NCBI GenBank assembly: GCA_043390205.1
Contig: DAWERN010000001.1
Span: 143,942 to 207,941 of the forward strand
Direction: 5' to 3'
From: Candidatus Azoamicus soli
GTDB lineage: Bacteria; Pseudomonadota; Gammaproteobacteria; UBA6186; Azoamicaceae
DNA: 64,000 bases
Shown: piece by piece, positions 1 to 10,888 of the stretch
Position numbering within the stretch: position 1 is the first letter of the stretch
How the letters are laid out: every line of letters starts with the position of its first letter
Notes under the pieces: generated by a model
What the model was told of the DNA's origin: nothing
Database searches by the model: none
Seen by the model: the letters and a program-made list of their open reading frames with translations, nothing else
Position numbers and translations under genes: made by a program

Positions 1-316
1 TTAATTTAAGAATACAACTAAAAAAATTCGATTTAAACCTATTACTAATATTTAAAAAATACTTAATAAATACAAATTTGTCTGCAAAAATAGTCAACTT
101 CTTATATAAATAAAACACATGCCGTCTATCATTTTTAGCCAGAATTTTAATTAAATCACTGCAATGTACATCTATTAATGCAAAAAAAAAAATACAATCT
201 ATAATATTTAACTTTCCTTTAAAACTAGTTCTAACACCACCGCAGCTAATTTCACCAAACAAACTGTTTATAAAAACAATTTTATAAAAATCGACTTTAT
301 TAAAATTTTTTATCAT
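1..316 (-). CDS. Partial ORF running off the left edge; possibly a degenerate holA (DNA polymerase III delta) by position after leuS
   Basis: Hand translation from ATG at 316 (MIKNFNKVDFYKIVFINSLFGEISCGG...) stays open towards the window edge. The identity rests only on leuS-(lptE)-holA synteny. Confidence 0.35.
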   Translation of the reverse strand, partial: MIKNFNKVDFYKIVFINSLFGEISCGGVRTSFKGKLNIIDCIFFFALIDVHCSDLIKILAKNDRRHVFYLYKKLTIFADKFVFIKYFLNISNRFKSNFFSCILKL

Positions 317-335
317 ATTATCTTATCAAAACATT

Positions 336-2594
336 TTAAATAATTATATTAATCATTTTATTATCTTTATATATAACATTTTTAATATTTTTACCACATA
401 AATATTTTTTAATAACAGAATGTTCTGCTATCAACATTTCTACTTCACACCTAGTGCATTCTCGTTCTACAAAAAGTTTAACTTTAAACTTATTATTAAT
501 AAAAACAAAAATTTCATAACGTTTAATTGTTAAATACATATTTTTTATTTTTTTAGGAATTGATTCATTAATTATACACGTCTCTTCTAATAATATATAT
601 GTCCACATAAAATTTGTAATATGAGGTGTAATAGGTGATAAAAACACCAACAAAGATTTAAAAATTCTTTTGCTTAAATAAATATTACACGATATATCTA
701 ATATTATGTTATCTAACAATTTTAACATTTGCATTAAATATGCAATGATCACATTAAATGAATAGTTTTTTTCTAAATTAACAACTATTTTATCAATAAA
801 ATTATTAAATTTTATAATAATATTCAGCATATCATCATTAAAAAACAAAACACTTTCGTCCAAAATTACATCAACAGATTTATTCCTCAGTAAATAAGAA
901 TAACGCCAAATTTTATCAAGAAATTTTTTACAACCATTAATTCCATTATCTGTCCACTCAAAAGATTGATCAGCAGCAGCAGCAAACATCACAAATAAAC
1001 GCAATGTATCAGCTCCATAACATTCTATTAATTTTTCCTGATCAGGAATGTTACCTTTAGATTTAGATATTTTAGACCCCCCCATCAATACCATACCTTG
1101 AGTTAATAAATTTAAAAAAGGCTCATCACTAAAAACAATACCAAAATCTCTCATAACTTTATAAAAAAATCTAGAATATATTAAATGCATTGTTGCATGT
1201 TCTATTCCACCTATATATTGATCAACAGGTAACCACTTATTTAAACAAAACGTATTAATCCACTCTTTAGACAAATATTTGATATAATACCATGAAGATT
1301 CAAAAAATGTATCAAATGTATCAATTTCTCTATTAGCTATATCACCACATGCATAACATCTTGTTGAATAAAACTTTTTGATATTTTTTAAAGAAAATTT
1401 AGTATGTTTTTTAGCTGTAATAAACGGTAAAACAACGGGTATTTTATTTTCATTTTCAGTAAGAATGCCACAACTATTACAATACAACACTGGTATAGGA
1501 GCCCCCCAATATCTTTGTCTGGAAACACACCAATCTTGTAATTTAAAACATTCTTTCTTTTCTAAACACCTTTTTACTACAATTAATTTAAATAATACAT
1601 TTTTTAAACAAGAGATCTTCACATATTTAAAAAATATATTTTTGAATTTCCAAAAATCAAATTTATCACACATAATCAGTTTATAATTTTCACCTGATAT
1701 ATCATTAAATACGGATTTAATAACTATCTTAATTCTAGCTTTAGTTATTGGATTAAAAATATGTGTAATTTTGTGTTTTTTAAAAAATAAATTCAAGTTA
1801 TGATCTTTAAAAAAAACTATCTTTTTAATTAAATATACAAAAAATATATCATCTAAACATATAGAAACATCAACATTAAATTTTTCAACTCGGAATAAAA
1901 ATTCAAACACAACACTTTTACCAATCCAATTCTTTTGCATCTCTTTTACTTTATTTGGCCAATCAGGTAATAAATCCAAATTATATAATAACTCATTAGC
2001 ATAATCAGTAATCCGAAAATACCACTGTTTAATTTTAACACGCTTTATTAAAGCATTAGATCTCCAACCTCTCCCATTTATTACTTGTTCATTAGCTAAT
2101 ACAGTTTTATCAATCGGATCCCAATTAACAAAACCTTCCTTTTTATACACTAACCCTGAATTATAAAGTTTAATAAAAAACAATTGTTCCCACTTATAAT
2201 AATTTGTATTAGACGTTGTTACTTCTTTACTCCAATCAAAACTAAACCCTAATTTTTTTAACTGATTCCTCATATTTAAAATATTTTGTACAGTCCAATC
2301 TTTAGGAGCTACATTATTTCTGTAAGCTGCATTTTCAGCTGGAATACCAAAGGAATCCCAACCTATGACATTTAAAACATTTTTACCTTTTAATCTAGCA
2401 TATCCAGCAATAATATCACCTATTGTATAATTTCTAATATGACCTATATGTAATTTACCACTAGGATAAGGAAACATACATAAACAATAATATTTATTTT
2501 GCGAATTTAATTCATTAACAATAAAATTTTTATTTTTCTTAAAAATCCATTGCATAAAAATTTCAACATTTTCCGATATATACTTTAAAGTCAT
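336..2594 (-). CDS. leuS: Leucine--tRNA ligase with degenerate CP1 editing domain
   Basis: MFPYPSGKLHIGH, DWCVSRQRYWGAPIP, DQYIGGIEHA, KISKS. Start moved to ATG 2594 (MTLKY) by similarity to the typical N-terminus. Confidence 0.97.
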   Translation of the reverse strand: MTLKYISENVEIFMQWIFKKNKNFIVNELNSQNKYYCLCMFPYPSGKLHIGHIRNYTIGDIIAGYARLKGKNVLNVIGWDSFGIPAENAAYRNNVAPKDWTVQNILNMRNQLKKLGFSFDWSKEVTTSNTNYYKWEQLFFIKLYNSGLVYKKEGFVNWDPIDKTVLANEQVINGRGWRSNALIKRVKIKQWYFRITDYANELLYNLDLLPDWPNKVKEMQKNWIGKSVVFEFLFRVEKFNVDVSICLDDIFFVYLIKKIVFFKDHNLNLFFKKHKITHIFNPITKARIKIVIKSVFNDISGENYKLIMCDKFDFWKFKNIFFKYVKISCLKNVLFKLIVVKRCLEKKECFKLQDWCVSRQRYWGAPIPVLYCNSCGILTENENKIPVVLPFITAKKHTKFSLKNIKKFYSTRCYACGDIANREIDTFDTFFESSWYYIKYLSKEWINTFCLNKWLPVDQYIGGIEHATMHLIYSRFFYKVMRDFGIVFSDEPFLNLLTQGMVLMGGSKISKSKGNIPDQEKLIECYGADTLRLFVMFAAAADQSFEWTDNGINGCKKFLDKIWRYSYLLRNKSVDVILDESVLFFNDDMLNIIIKFNNFIDKIVVNLEKNYSFNVIIAYLMQMLKLLDNIILDISCNIYLSKRIFKSLLVFLSPITPHITNFMWTYILLEETCIINESIPKKIKNMYLTIKRYEIFVFINNKFKVKLFVERECTRCEVEMLIAEHSVIKKYLCGKNIKNVIYKDNKMINIII

Positions 2595-2682
2595 AAATAA
2601 CACACTTTTACTTATATTTAAAAAATATTCAATAATTATTATAGTAAATCTAATATTTTAAAAAAACACCATTCATATTATC

Positions 2683-3717
2683 ATGAAAAAAAAAAAAATA
2701 TTACTAAGTCTGTCAGCTGGTATTGACTCTACAAGCACATTACTACTACTAAAAAAAAATAATTTTTATATAGAAGCTGTATTCATTATAAATTGGACTT
2801 CACTACACTCATGTCAAAATAATAAAGACTTAATACACGCCAAAATTTTATGTAAAAAAATTAAAATAAAATTGAATACAATAAATTTAACAAACCATTA
2901 CTGGTCAATGGTTTTTATAACATTTTTAAAAAAATTAAAAAATGGATTAACTCCAAACCCTGATATAACATGTAATGAAAAAATAAAATTTCAAATATTG
3001 CTAAATTATAGCAAAAAAACATTAAACTTTAACTTTATAGCAACTGGTCATTATGCAACAATTTATAAAAACAAAAAATCAATAGAACTAAGACAATCAG
3101 TCAATTTAGAAAAAGATCAAACTTACTTTTTATCAAAAATAAAAACTAAAAAACTAAAAGCTGTATTATTTCCTATAACAAACTACCAAAAAACAGACAT
3201 AAAATTAATTCTCAGATTTTTAAAATTTATCAATGCAAATAAAAAAAATAGTGTTGGCATTTGTTTTATCGGAAATAATAACTTTAAAAATTTTATAAAA
3301 ATATATTTACACAAAAATTACGGCATTATAAAAAATTCAAACAATAAAAAAATTGGATATCATGAAGGACTACATTTTTATACATTAGGTCAACGCAAAA
3401 CATTTGCTGGTAAAAAAAAAATATGGTATGTATATAAAAAAAACATAAAAACTAACGTATTATATATTTCAACTAATAAATTTATCATATTAAATACACA
3501 TATTATTGAACTATGCAAAACAACTTGTTATTTAAATAACAAAGAAAAAGTTCTTTGTAAAGTTAAACTTAGACACCAAAGCATAACTCTATCATGTATC
3601 TTATATATTAAAAAAAATTTAATAATCATAAAAAAATTATTTAATATGACAGCATCAGGACAATGTATTTCATTTTACAAAAACAATACATGCATAGGCT
3701 ACGGTATAGTAAAATAA
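2683..3717 (+). CDS. mnmA: tRNA 2-thiouridine(34) synthase MnmA
   Basis: LSAGIDS, TPNPDITCNEKIKF, IATGHYA, KDQTYFL, GICFIG, YTLGQR. Confidence 0.95.
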   Translation: MKKKKILLSLSAGIDSTSTLLLLKKNNFYIEAVFIINWTSLHSCQNNKDLIHAKILCKKIKIKLNTINLTNHYWSMVFITFLKKLKNGLTPNPDITCNEKIKFQILLNYSKKTLNFNFIATGHYATIYKNKKSIELRQSVNLEKDQTYFLSKIKTKKLKAVLFPITNYQKTDIKLILRFLKFINANKKNSVGICFIGNNNFKNFIKIYLHKNYGIIKNSNNKKIGYHEGLHFYTLGQRKTFAGKKKIWYVYKKNIKTNVLYISTNKFIILNTHIIELCKTTCYLNNKEKVLCKVKLRHQSITLSCILYIKKNLIIIKKLFNMTASGQCISFYKNNTCIGYGIVK

Positions 3718-3729
3718 TGTAAAAAAATA

Positions 3730-4809
3730 TCACTCAAATACCTCACTGCTATTTTTTTTTAATATAACTATATCATTAGATTGCCCATATAATATAAACA
3801 TATTATTCTTAATAATGTTTAAATATACAAATAAATAAGCCTGTCGTATACCTGCTACATCACATCCATAACTTTTGATATAAATATTATTTTTAAATTT
3901 CACAATACTATAATTATCTATATGAATAAACGATATATGTGTAACTCTAGTTTTAATAATCTTTATAAGCTCAATTAAAATAATATAAGAAGGCATTTTA
4001 TAATTGTTAAAACTTATCCATGCTCGTAAAAGTTCTTTTAACAAAAACTTTGACATATTAATCAAACTTGACACATGTAAAGATTTATAATTAAAAACTG
4101 AACATTTAATAAAAAAATACAAAAATTTATTAACATATCGTACAATATTACTGTTTAAATTCAAATATCTTAAAATTATTCGCTTATTTATGATATGATC
4201 AGTAAAAAAATTATCAATATAGAATCGAATATAATTTCTACTAAGCTTTTTATTATAATTACTTTTGTCAATAATAAATGGAATATTATTTAATAACGCA
4301 TATGATATAATATCTAATTTAGTAATATTTAACAATGGTCTGACTATATTTACCTGTCCAATCCTATTTTTATTTTTAATACTAAGAATACCTACAACAC
4401 CAGATCCACGAATCATTCTCATAAAAATTGTTTCAACTAAATCATTTGTATGTTGTGCTAATAGTAATGTAGTATTTTTCATTAACGTATTTAAAATAAA
4501 ATTAAATCTCACAACTCGAAAATTCTCTTCAAGATTATCTTTATATACTATATTTTTAAAAGTATATGTATATAATCCAACATGATACTTATTACAAATA
4601 TTTTTACAAAAAAAACTCCAAGCATTAGCTTCTGAACTATAACTATGATTTATATGAATAACTTTTAACATATGCTTCTTTCTTAATATTCTACAAGATA
4701 AATCAAGTAATACACTAGAATCAATTCCACCACTATAACCTATATAAACATGTTTATGTAGTATCAACTTTTCATAAAGATTACTAAAATAAAATTTGTC
4801 AAGATTCAT
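3730..4809 (-). CDS. tilS: tRNA(Ile)-lysidine synthetase (C-terminally shortened)
   Basis: GYSGGIDS PP-loop, HINH, AQHTNDLVET, RGSG, IVRPLL, DKSN, RNYIR. Confidence 0.93.
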   Translation of the reverse strand: MNLDKFYFSNLYEKLILHKHVYIGYSGGIDSSVLLDLSCRILRKKHMLKVIHINHSYSSEANAWSFFCKNICNKYHVGLYTYTFKNIVYKDNLEENFRVVRFNFILNTLMKNTTLLLAQHTNDLVETIFMRMIRGSGVVGILSIKNKNRIGQVNIVRPLLNITKLDIISYALLNNIPFIIDKSNYNKKLSRNYIRFYIDNFFTDHIINKRIILRYLNLNSNIVRYVNKFLYFFIKCSVFNYKSLHVSSLINMSKFLLKELLRAWISFNNYKMPSYIILIELIKIIKTRVTHISFIHIDNYSIVKFKNNIYIKSYGCDVAGIRQAYLFVYLNIIKNNMFILYGQSNDIVILKKNSSEVFE

Positions 4810-4921
4810 TTTAAACTACAATTTTGAATATTTTAGTAAAATTTAATATAACTATATTTTAATAACAAAGTATTGTAAAAAAAAAAATATATATATAAAA
4901 ATCAATTTTCTATGATAAAAT

Positions 4922-6778
4922 ATGATAATCCTTATTAATAATAATGAACTAAAAATTAAAGACTACATAAATATAAAAAACTTAATAACAACACATATAT
5001 CTTGCATCAGTATAAATGATATAATAAACGACCAATATTACATAAATATTATAAACTTTTCTCTTCTATTAATTTCACTAAAAAATATAAAAGTTTTAAA
5101 CATACTTAGACATTCCTGCGCACATTTGATGGCCCACGCAATACAAAATATCTATAAAAACGTAAAATTTGCAATAGGTCCTGTAATAAAAAATGGATTT
5201 TATTATGATTTTTTTATTAAAAAAAAAATCACTAACATAGATCTAGTGACAATAGAAAATGAGATGAATATACTAACAAAGAACAGCATTCCCATTACAA
5301 AATATAACATTACCCTGCAAAATGCACGAAAAATATTTAAAAAAAACAAATATAAAACAGAAATATTAAAAAATTTAACAACAAAAATCGTATCATTTTA
5401 TAAACAAAAAAATTTTCTTGATTTATGTCTTGGTCCTCATGTAAAAAACACAAAATTTATAAAATATTTTAAATTAATAAAATTAACTGGCGCTTACTGG
5501 AGAAATAATAATAAAAATGATATGTTATATAGAATATATGGTACCATATGGAATACACAACAGAACTTAAAAAACTTTTTAAATAATAATTATAATAATA
5601 ATATAACTCACAAAAAAATTGGTTTTCAAACTAACTTATTTTGCTTTGAAAAACATTCAACTGGAGTTGTATTTTGGCAAAAAAACGGCTGGTATATTTA
5701 TAGAAAAATAACGACATATCTTCGCATGTTTATTTTTAAAAATAAATTCAATGAAGTCAACACTCCATTAATTCTAAATTCTTTCTTGTTTGATAAATCA
5801 GGTCATACAACCAAATTTAACGCCAATATGTTTAAATATCAAAATGATACTAATATAGATATACTTAAACCTATGAATTGTCCATGTCACATTAATATCT
5901 TCAATAATTTTTATAAAAAAAGCTATAAAGATTTACCATACAGACTATCAGAATTTGGTTCATGTTTCAGAAATGAAGTATCAGGTTCACTTCATGGGTT
6001 AATGCGTCTTAAAAGTTTTACACAAGATGATGGTCATATATTTTGTTCGGAACAACATATAGAAACTGAAATAAAACATTTCATAGTAGATTTAAAAAAT
6101 GTATATTATAATTTTGGTTTTAAAATATTTAAAATAACAATAGCTAAAAGACCTATAAATACTATCGACGATATCCATATATGGGAAAAAGCTGAAGAGT
6201 TATTAGAAAAAATAATAACAAGCTTAAATATAAAATATTTCATATCAAACGATGGTGCTTTTTATGGACCAAAAATAGAAGTATCATTAAAAGATAATAT
6301 AGGTAGATATTGGCAGTGCGGTACAATCCAAATTGATTTTTTTTCAAGTAAACGATTAAATACATATTATTCAGATAAATCAGGGCTACTAAAAGCTCCA
6401 ATAATCCTACATAGAGCTATCTTAGGATCAATAGAACGATTTTTTGGTATTTTAATAGAAAATCGTAATGGTGATATGCCATTTTGGTTAACACCATTTC
6501 AATTTGACATAATATATATAAATCATAAACATTTAAAATATGCAAAAAAAATATATAATGTTATTATTAAAAAATATACAGTAAGATTAAATATATTGAA
6601 TGAACGACTAGAACAAAAAATAAAAAAATGTATTTTGGAAAAAATACCATATATAATTATACTTGGAGACTATGAGGAAAAAAAAAAAATAATAAATATT
6701 AAACATCTAAAATCAAATAAGCGAATTATAATTCCGTTAAATAAATTTATTAGAAAAATGAAACTAAATACAGTATAA
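4922..6778 (+). CDS. thrS: Threonine--tRNA ligase
   Basis: RHSCAH, DLCLGPHV, KPMNCPCH, GLMRLKSFTQDDGH, GAFYGPK, HRAILGSIERF; thrS-infC-rpmI-rplT-pheST synteny. Confidence 0.98.
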   Translation: MIILINNNELKIKDYINIKNLITTHISCISINDIINDQYYINIINFSLLLISLKNIKVLNILRHSCAHLMAHAIQNIYKNVKFAIGPVIKNGFYYDFFIKKKITNIDLVTIENEMNILTKNSIPITKYNITLQNARKIFKKNKYKTEILKNLTTKIVSFYKQKNFLDLCLGPHVKNTKFIKYFKLIKLTGAYWRNNNKNDMLYRIYGTIWNTQQNLKNFLNNNYNNNITHKKIGFQTNLFCFEKHSTGVVFWQKNGWYIYRKITTYLRMFIFKNKFNEVNTPLILNSFLFDKSGHTTKFNANMFKYQNDTNIDILKPMNCPCHINIFNNFYKKSYKDLPYRLSEFGSCFRNEVSGSLHGLMRLKSFTQDDGHIFCSEQHIETEIKHFIVDLKNVYYNFGFKIFKITIAKRPINTIDDIHIWEKAEELLEKIITSLNIKYFISNDGAFYGPKIEVSLKDNIGRYWQCGTIQIDFFSSKRLNTYYSDKSGLLKAPIILHRAILGSIERFFGILIENRNGDMPFWLTPFQFDIIYINHKHLKYAKKIYNVIIKKYTVRLNILNERLEQKIKKCILEKIPYIIILGDYEEKKKIINIKHLKSNKRIIIPLNKFIRKMKLNTV

Positions 6779-6788
6779 GGAGTATATT

Positions 6789-7343
6789 ATTGATAAATCA
6801 ACAAGAAGAATAAATAATGAAATAAAAGCTGATAGAGTTAGATTAATTAATGATAAAGGAGAACAATTAGGTATAGTGTACTTAGCTGAAGCACTAAAAA
6901 TAGCTCAAAACTCAAATTTAGATTTAGTTGAAATTCAACCAAAAGCAAATCCTCCAGTTACCAAAGTAATGAACTACGGAAAATTTAAATTTTCTCTTAA
7001 CAAAAAACGTATAACTGTAAAAAAAAAACAAAAAGATTTAAGAATTAAAGAAGTAAAATTTAGACCTAATACAGCTGATAATGACTATTTAATAAAAATT
7101 AAAACTATTAAAAGCTTTCTACAAAACGGTAATAAAGCTAAAATAACTGTTTGCTTTAAAGGTAGAGAGATTATTCATAAAAAAAATGGTATAGATTTAA
7201 TAAATAAAATTTGCCTAGATTTATCTACTTGTAGTAAAATAGAAATAACACCTAAACTTGAAGGTAAAAATATAACAACAATAATACGTCCTATAAAATA
7301 TATAGAACAAAAAGATGAAAATAATAAAATTGAAAATCAGTAA
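6789..7343 (+). CDS. infC: Translation initiation factor IF-3 (ATT start)
   Basis: AAGGAG at 6777-6782, then in-frame ATT at 6789 giving [30 protein letters not shown]; KEVKFRP and FKGRE motifs. Confidence 0.96.
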   Translation: MDKSTRRINNEIKADRVRLINDKGEQLGIVYLAEALKIAQNSNLDLVEIQPKANPPVTKVMNYGKFKFSLNKKRITVKKKQKDLRIKEVKFRPNTADNDYLIKIKTIKSFLQNGNKAKITVCFKGREIIHKKNGIDLINKICLDLSTCSKIEITPKLEGKNITTIIRPIKYIEQKDENNKIENQ

Positions 7344-7518
7344 AAGTATAACAAAACGTTTTAAAAAATTAAAAAATGGAAAATTTAAACATAAACAATC
7401 ACATTTAAAACATATTTTAACAAAAAAATCTGCAAAAAGAAAAAGACATTTACGTAATTTAAAATTTGTTGATAAATCGCACATTAAAACATTAAAAGAA
7501 GCATTGCAAAATTATTAA
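7315..7518 (+). CDS. rpmI: 50S ribosomal protein L35
   Basis: [34 protein letters not shown]; synteny. Confidence 0.95.
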   Translation: MKIIKLKISKSITKRFKKLKNGKFKHKQSHLKHILTKKSAKRKRHLRNLKFVDKSHIKTLKEALQNY

Positions 7519-7531
7519 TGGAAATATTATT

Positions 7532-7879
7532 ATGACAAGAGTAAAAAGAGGAGTAGTGGCAAGAAAACGCCACAAAAAAATTTTAAATCAAGCTAAAGGT
7601 TATTACGGAGCAAAAAGTCGCGTATTTAGAGTTGCAAAACAAGCTGTTATAAAAGCACAACAATATTCTTATAGAGATAGAAAAGTAAAAAAAAGAGACT
7701 TTAGAAGTACTTGGATTAAAATAATTAATGCTGCATTAAAACAATATAATATGTCATATTCTTCTTTTATTAAAAAATTGACTATACATGAAATAAAAAT
7801 AAATAGAAAAATGCTTTATTTTTTAATAACAACCACAGAGTTCTCTATAAATAAACTAATACAAAACACAACTATATAA
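7532..7879 (+). CDS. rplT: 50S ribosomal protein L20
   Basis: [27 protein letters not shown]...[12 protein letters not shown]. Confidence 0.98.
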   Translation: MTRVKRGVVARKRHKKILNQAKGYYGAKSRVFRVAKQAVIKAQQYSYRDRKVKKRDFRSTWIKIINAALKQYNMSYSSFIKKLTIHEIKINRKMLYFLITTTEFSINKLIQNTTI

Positions 7880-7891
7880 CTATTACTCTAT

Positions 7892-8887
7892 ATGTCTCCA
7901 GAAAAAATATTAGATTTTTTTTTAAAAGAATATTCAACAGTAAAAAATAAAGAAGAACTTCATAATTTAAAAATAAAATATCTAGGTCGTAATGGATTTA
8001 TACCTGTAACATTCAAAAAAGCAAAAGTGTTAAACTTAACAGATACATTATCGTTTTTCACTAATTTAAACAAAATAAAAACTTATATCACTCAGAAAAT
8101 TACTCAAAAATATGATTTTTTTTTACTTGAAAAATCATATGATGCTTTAGATATAACATTACCTGGGTATGGGTTTGAATTTGGTGTTAAACATATCATT
8201 TCAACCACTATAAACGAAATAGATTTTTTTTTTACTAGATTGGGATTTAATATTTACAATGGTTATGAAATAGATTCAACATATTATAATTTTGAAGCCC
8301 TCAATATGCCATTATCACATCCATCTAGAAATTTAAACGAAACATTTTACATTTCTGATGATATATTACTTAGAACGCACACGTCGAATATGCAGGTACA
8401 TATTATGCAATCAAGTATTCCACCATTAAAAATTATATCTCATGGCAAAGTTTATAGAAAAGATTACGATGCATCACACACTCCTATGTTTCATCAAGTA
8501 GAAGCTATAGTAATAGATAAAAATATTTCTATTGCAAATTTAAAATATTTATTATTTGAATTCTTACAATTCTTTTTTAAAAAAGAAATTAAAATTAATT
8601 TTCGTTCGTCATACTTTCCATTTACAGAACCGTCTATGGAACTAGACATACAATGTATTAATTGCTTAGGTAAAAAATGTACGTTATGTAAATATAGTGG
8701 TTGGATAGAAATTCTAGGCTGTGGGATGATTCACTCAAATGTTTTAACAAATTGTAATATAGATAAAAAAAAATATACCGGATTAGCTTTTGGTCTAGGA
8801 ATCGAAAGATTAACAATGATAAAATATAACATAACTGATATAAGATTATATTTTGAAAATAATCTCGAATTTTTAAAGCAATTTTAG
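7892..8887 (+). CDS. pheS: Phenylalanine--tRNA ligase alpha subunit
   Basis: LLRTHTS, HTPMFHQVE, YFPFTEPS, WIEILGCG, AFGLGIERL. Confidence 0.98.
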   Translation: MSPEKILDFFLKEYSTVKNKEELHNLKIKYLGRNGFIPVTFKKAKVLNLTDTLSFFTNLNKIKTYITQKITQKYDFFLLEKSYDALDITLPGYGFEFGVKHIISTTINEIDFFFTRLGFNIYNGYEIDSTYYNFEALNMPLSHPSRNLNETFYISDDILLRTHTSNMQVHIMQSSIPPLKIISHGKVYRKDYDASHTPMFHQVEAIVIDKNISIANLKYLLFEFLQFFFKKEIKINFRSSYFPFTEPSMELDIQCINCLGKKCTLCKYSGWIEILGCGMIHSNVLTNCNIDKKKYTGLAFGLGIERLTMIKYNITDIRLYFENNLEFLKQF

Positions 8888-8890
8888 TTT

Positions 8891-10888
8891 ATGAAAATTG
8901 ATATTATTACATTAAAATTTTGGCTTGGAGAAAATATAGTTGTTGATGAAATTATTGATAAATTAACATCAATCGGATTTGAAACTTTCTTAGACAATGA
9001 TTTGTTGAATATATCAATACCACATAATAAAAGTAACTGCACTAATGTTTTTAGAATAATTGATGAATTATCTGGATTAATAAATCTGTCTTTTTTTAAA
9101 AAACGTAAAACATCATTTACATTAAAACGCAAAAAAAACAGCTATAACATAAATATTTTTCTTGACAAACATTTTTGTTATTTTTATTCATTATGTTATA
9201 TAACTAATTTTAAAAATGAAATAGAAACACCTAACTATATAAAAAATTTCTTAACAATTAACAAAATAAATTTAAATAACTTTATTGTAGATATATTAAA
9301 TTATGCTTTCTTAATAACTGGTCAACCATTTCATGTGTACAATGCTGAAAAAATTTTTAAAGATATAACTATTGATAAATTAGAACAAGATAGTGTTTTT
9401 CATACAATAAATAATACTGAAATAAATTTAATTAAAGGTTCTTTTGTTATAAAAGACACAAATAATGTTATTTTATCACTACCAGGAATAATAGGATCTT
9501 ATGAAACAAAAGTATATAAACAATCTACAGATGTTCTGATAGAAACAGCTATTTTTGATAAACATGAAATAAAAAAAATAAAAGAACAATACAACTTAAA
9601 CACTATATCGTCAAATGCATTTGAAAAAGGTATTAATTCAAATAATACACGTATAGCATTAAGTTTCTTATTATCATTACTACATAAACTTGATATAACT
9701 TATTTAGAAAAAACAATTGCTATAAAAATACCATCAAACTATAAAATACGTCTATATAAAAAGAAAATTTTAACTATATTAGGGTTTATTATTAGCACAA
9801 GCATGATAGAAAAAGCTTTAAAAAAAAGAAATTTTGCTTTTAAAATTTTTAATAGTTATTGGCTAGTAATTATACCGCATTATAGATGTGACATAACTCA
9901 CGAAGAACATATCATTTCAGAAATTTTAAAATATTATGGATATAAAAAAATTCCGATGCTTCCAATAAAAACCAATGTTATACTTCATTTTAATGATGAA
10001 ACTAAAATAAAAGAAATATTAACCAATTATTTAATATATGCTAATTTTACTGAAGTAATAAATTATAGCTTTGTAAATTCAATTTTTGAAGTTCAAACAT
10101 TTACAGAACAATTAATTTTTATTAAAAATCCTATTTCAGAACATATGAATGTAATGCGTTTCAGTTTATTACAAGGCTTATTGAAAAATATATTACTTAA
10201 TATAAATAGAGGAATAACTAATTTAAAATTTTTTGAAATTGGAAATGTTTGGTGTACTAATAATATCGTTTCAAATTTAAAATTAGGTTGTATATGCACA
10301 GAAATCACAACATATAAAAGTTTTTATAATACAGAAGAAACATTTTATATGTTAAAAAATCTAATAGAAAATATCTGTTTAAAAATATTAAAATTAACGA
10401 ATTTAACTTTTTGTACCAATTCTATGTCATGCTTAACATCAAGTATAAGTGCAGATATTATTATAGAGAATAAATATATAGGTAGTTTTGGATTAATTAA
10501 TGCTAAAACACTCAATTATTTTGATATAAAAAAAAAATTATATTTTGTAGAATTAGATTTAAATAATATAAGGAACATGTCTTCTATCACTTATTTTAAA
10601 CATATTTCAAAATATCCTAAAATAGAAAGAGATTTGTCATTTATTGTAGCTTATAACATACCATACATGACATTACTTGCAGTTTTAAGAGAAGCTAATA
10701 TTAAAGATTTAATAGATTTAACATTAATTAATATTTATTATATAGATAACAAAAACAAAAGTATCACAATTAGATTTATTTTTCAAAGTAATATTAAGAC
10801 CTTAGAAGATATTGATATCAATATAATAATAATTAACATTCATAATATAGTAAAAGATAAACTTGCTGCTACAATAAAAGGATTTTAA
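8891..10888 (+). CDS. pheT: Phenylalanine--tRNA ligase beta subunit (lacks B2 OB domain)
   Basis: KLTSIGFE, GQPFHVYN, NPISEHMNVMRFSLLQGLL, FFEIGNV, SKYPKIERDLS; follows pheS. Confidence 0.93.
   Translation: MKIDIITLKFWLGENIVVDEIIDKLTSIGFETFLDNDLLNISIPHNKSNCTNVFRIIDELSGLINLSFFKKRKTSFTLKRKKNSYNINIFLDKHFCYFYSLCYITNFKNEIETPNYIKNFLTINKINLNNFIVDILNYAFLITGQPFHVYNAEKIFKDITIDKLEQDSVFHTINNTEINLIKGSFVIKDTNNVILSLPGIIGSYETKVYKQSTDVLIETAIFDKHEIKKIKEQYNLNTISSNAFEKGINSNNTRIALSFLLSLLHKLDITYLEKTIAIKIPSNYKIRLYKKKILTILGFIISTSMIEKALKKRNFAFKIFNSYWLVIIPHYRCDITHEEHIISEILKYYGYKKIPMLPIKTNVILHFNDETKIKEILTNYLIYANFTEVINYSFVNSIFEVQTFTEQLIFIKNPISEHMNVMRFSLLQGLLKNILLNINRGITNLKFFEIGNVWCTNNIVSNLKLGCICTEITTYKSFYNTEETFYMLKNLIENICLKILKLTNLTFCTNSMSCLTSSISADIIIENKYIGSFGLINAKTLNYFDIKKKLYFVELDLNNIRNMSSITYFKHISKYPKIERDLSFIVAYNIPYMTLLAVLREANIKDLIDLTLINIYYIDNKNKSITIRFIFQSNIKTLEDIDINIIIINIHNIVKDKLAATIKGF

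Noticed and set aside
2686-2698. Long poly-A/T tracts as phase-variation or slippage-corrected frameshifts (e.g. A13 at the mnmA start)
   Set aside because: The genes containing them are in frame; the tracts follow from AT bias and Lys/Phe runs.
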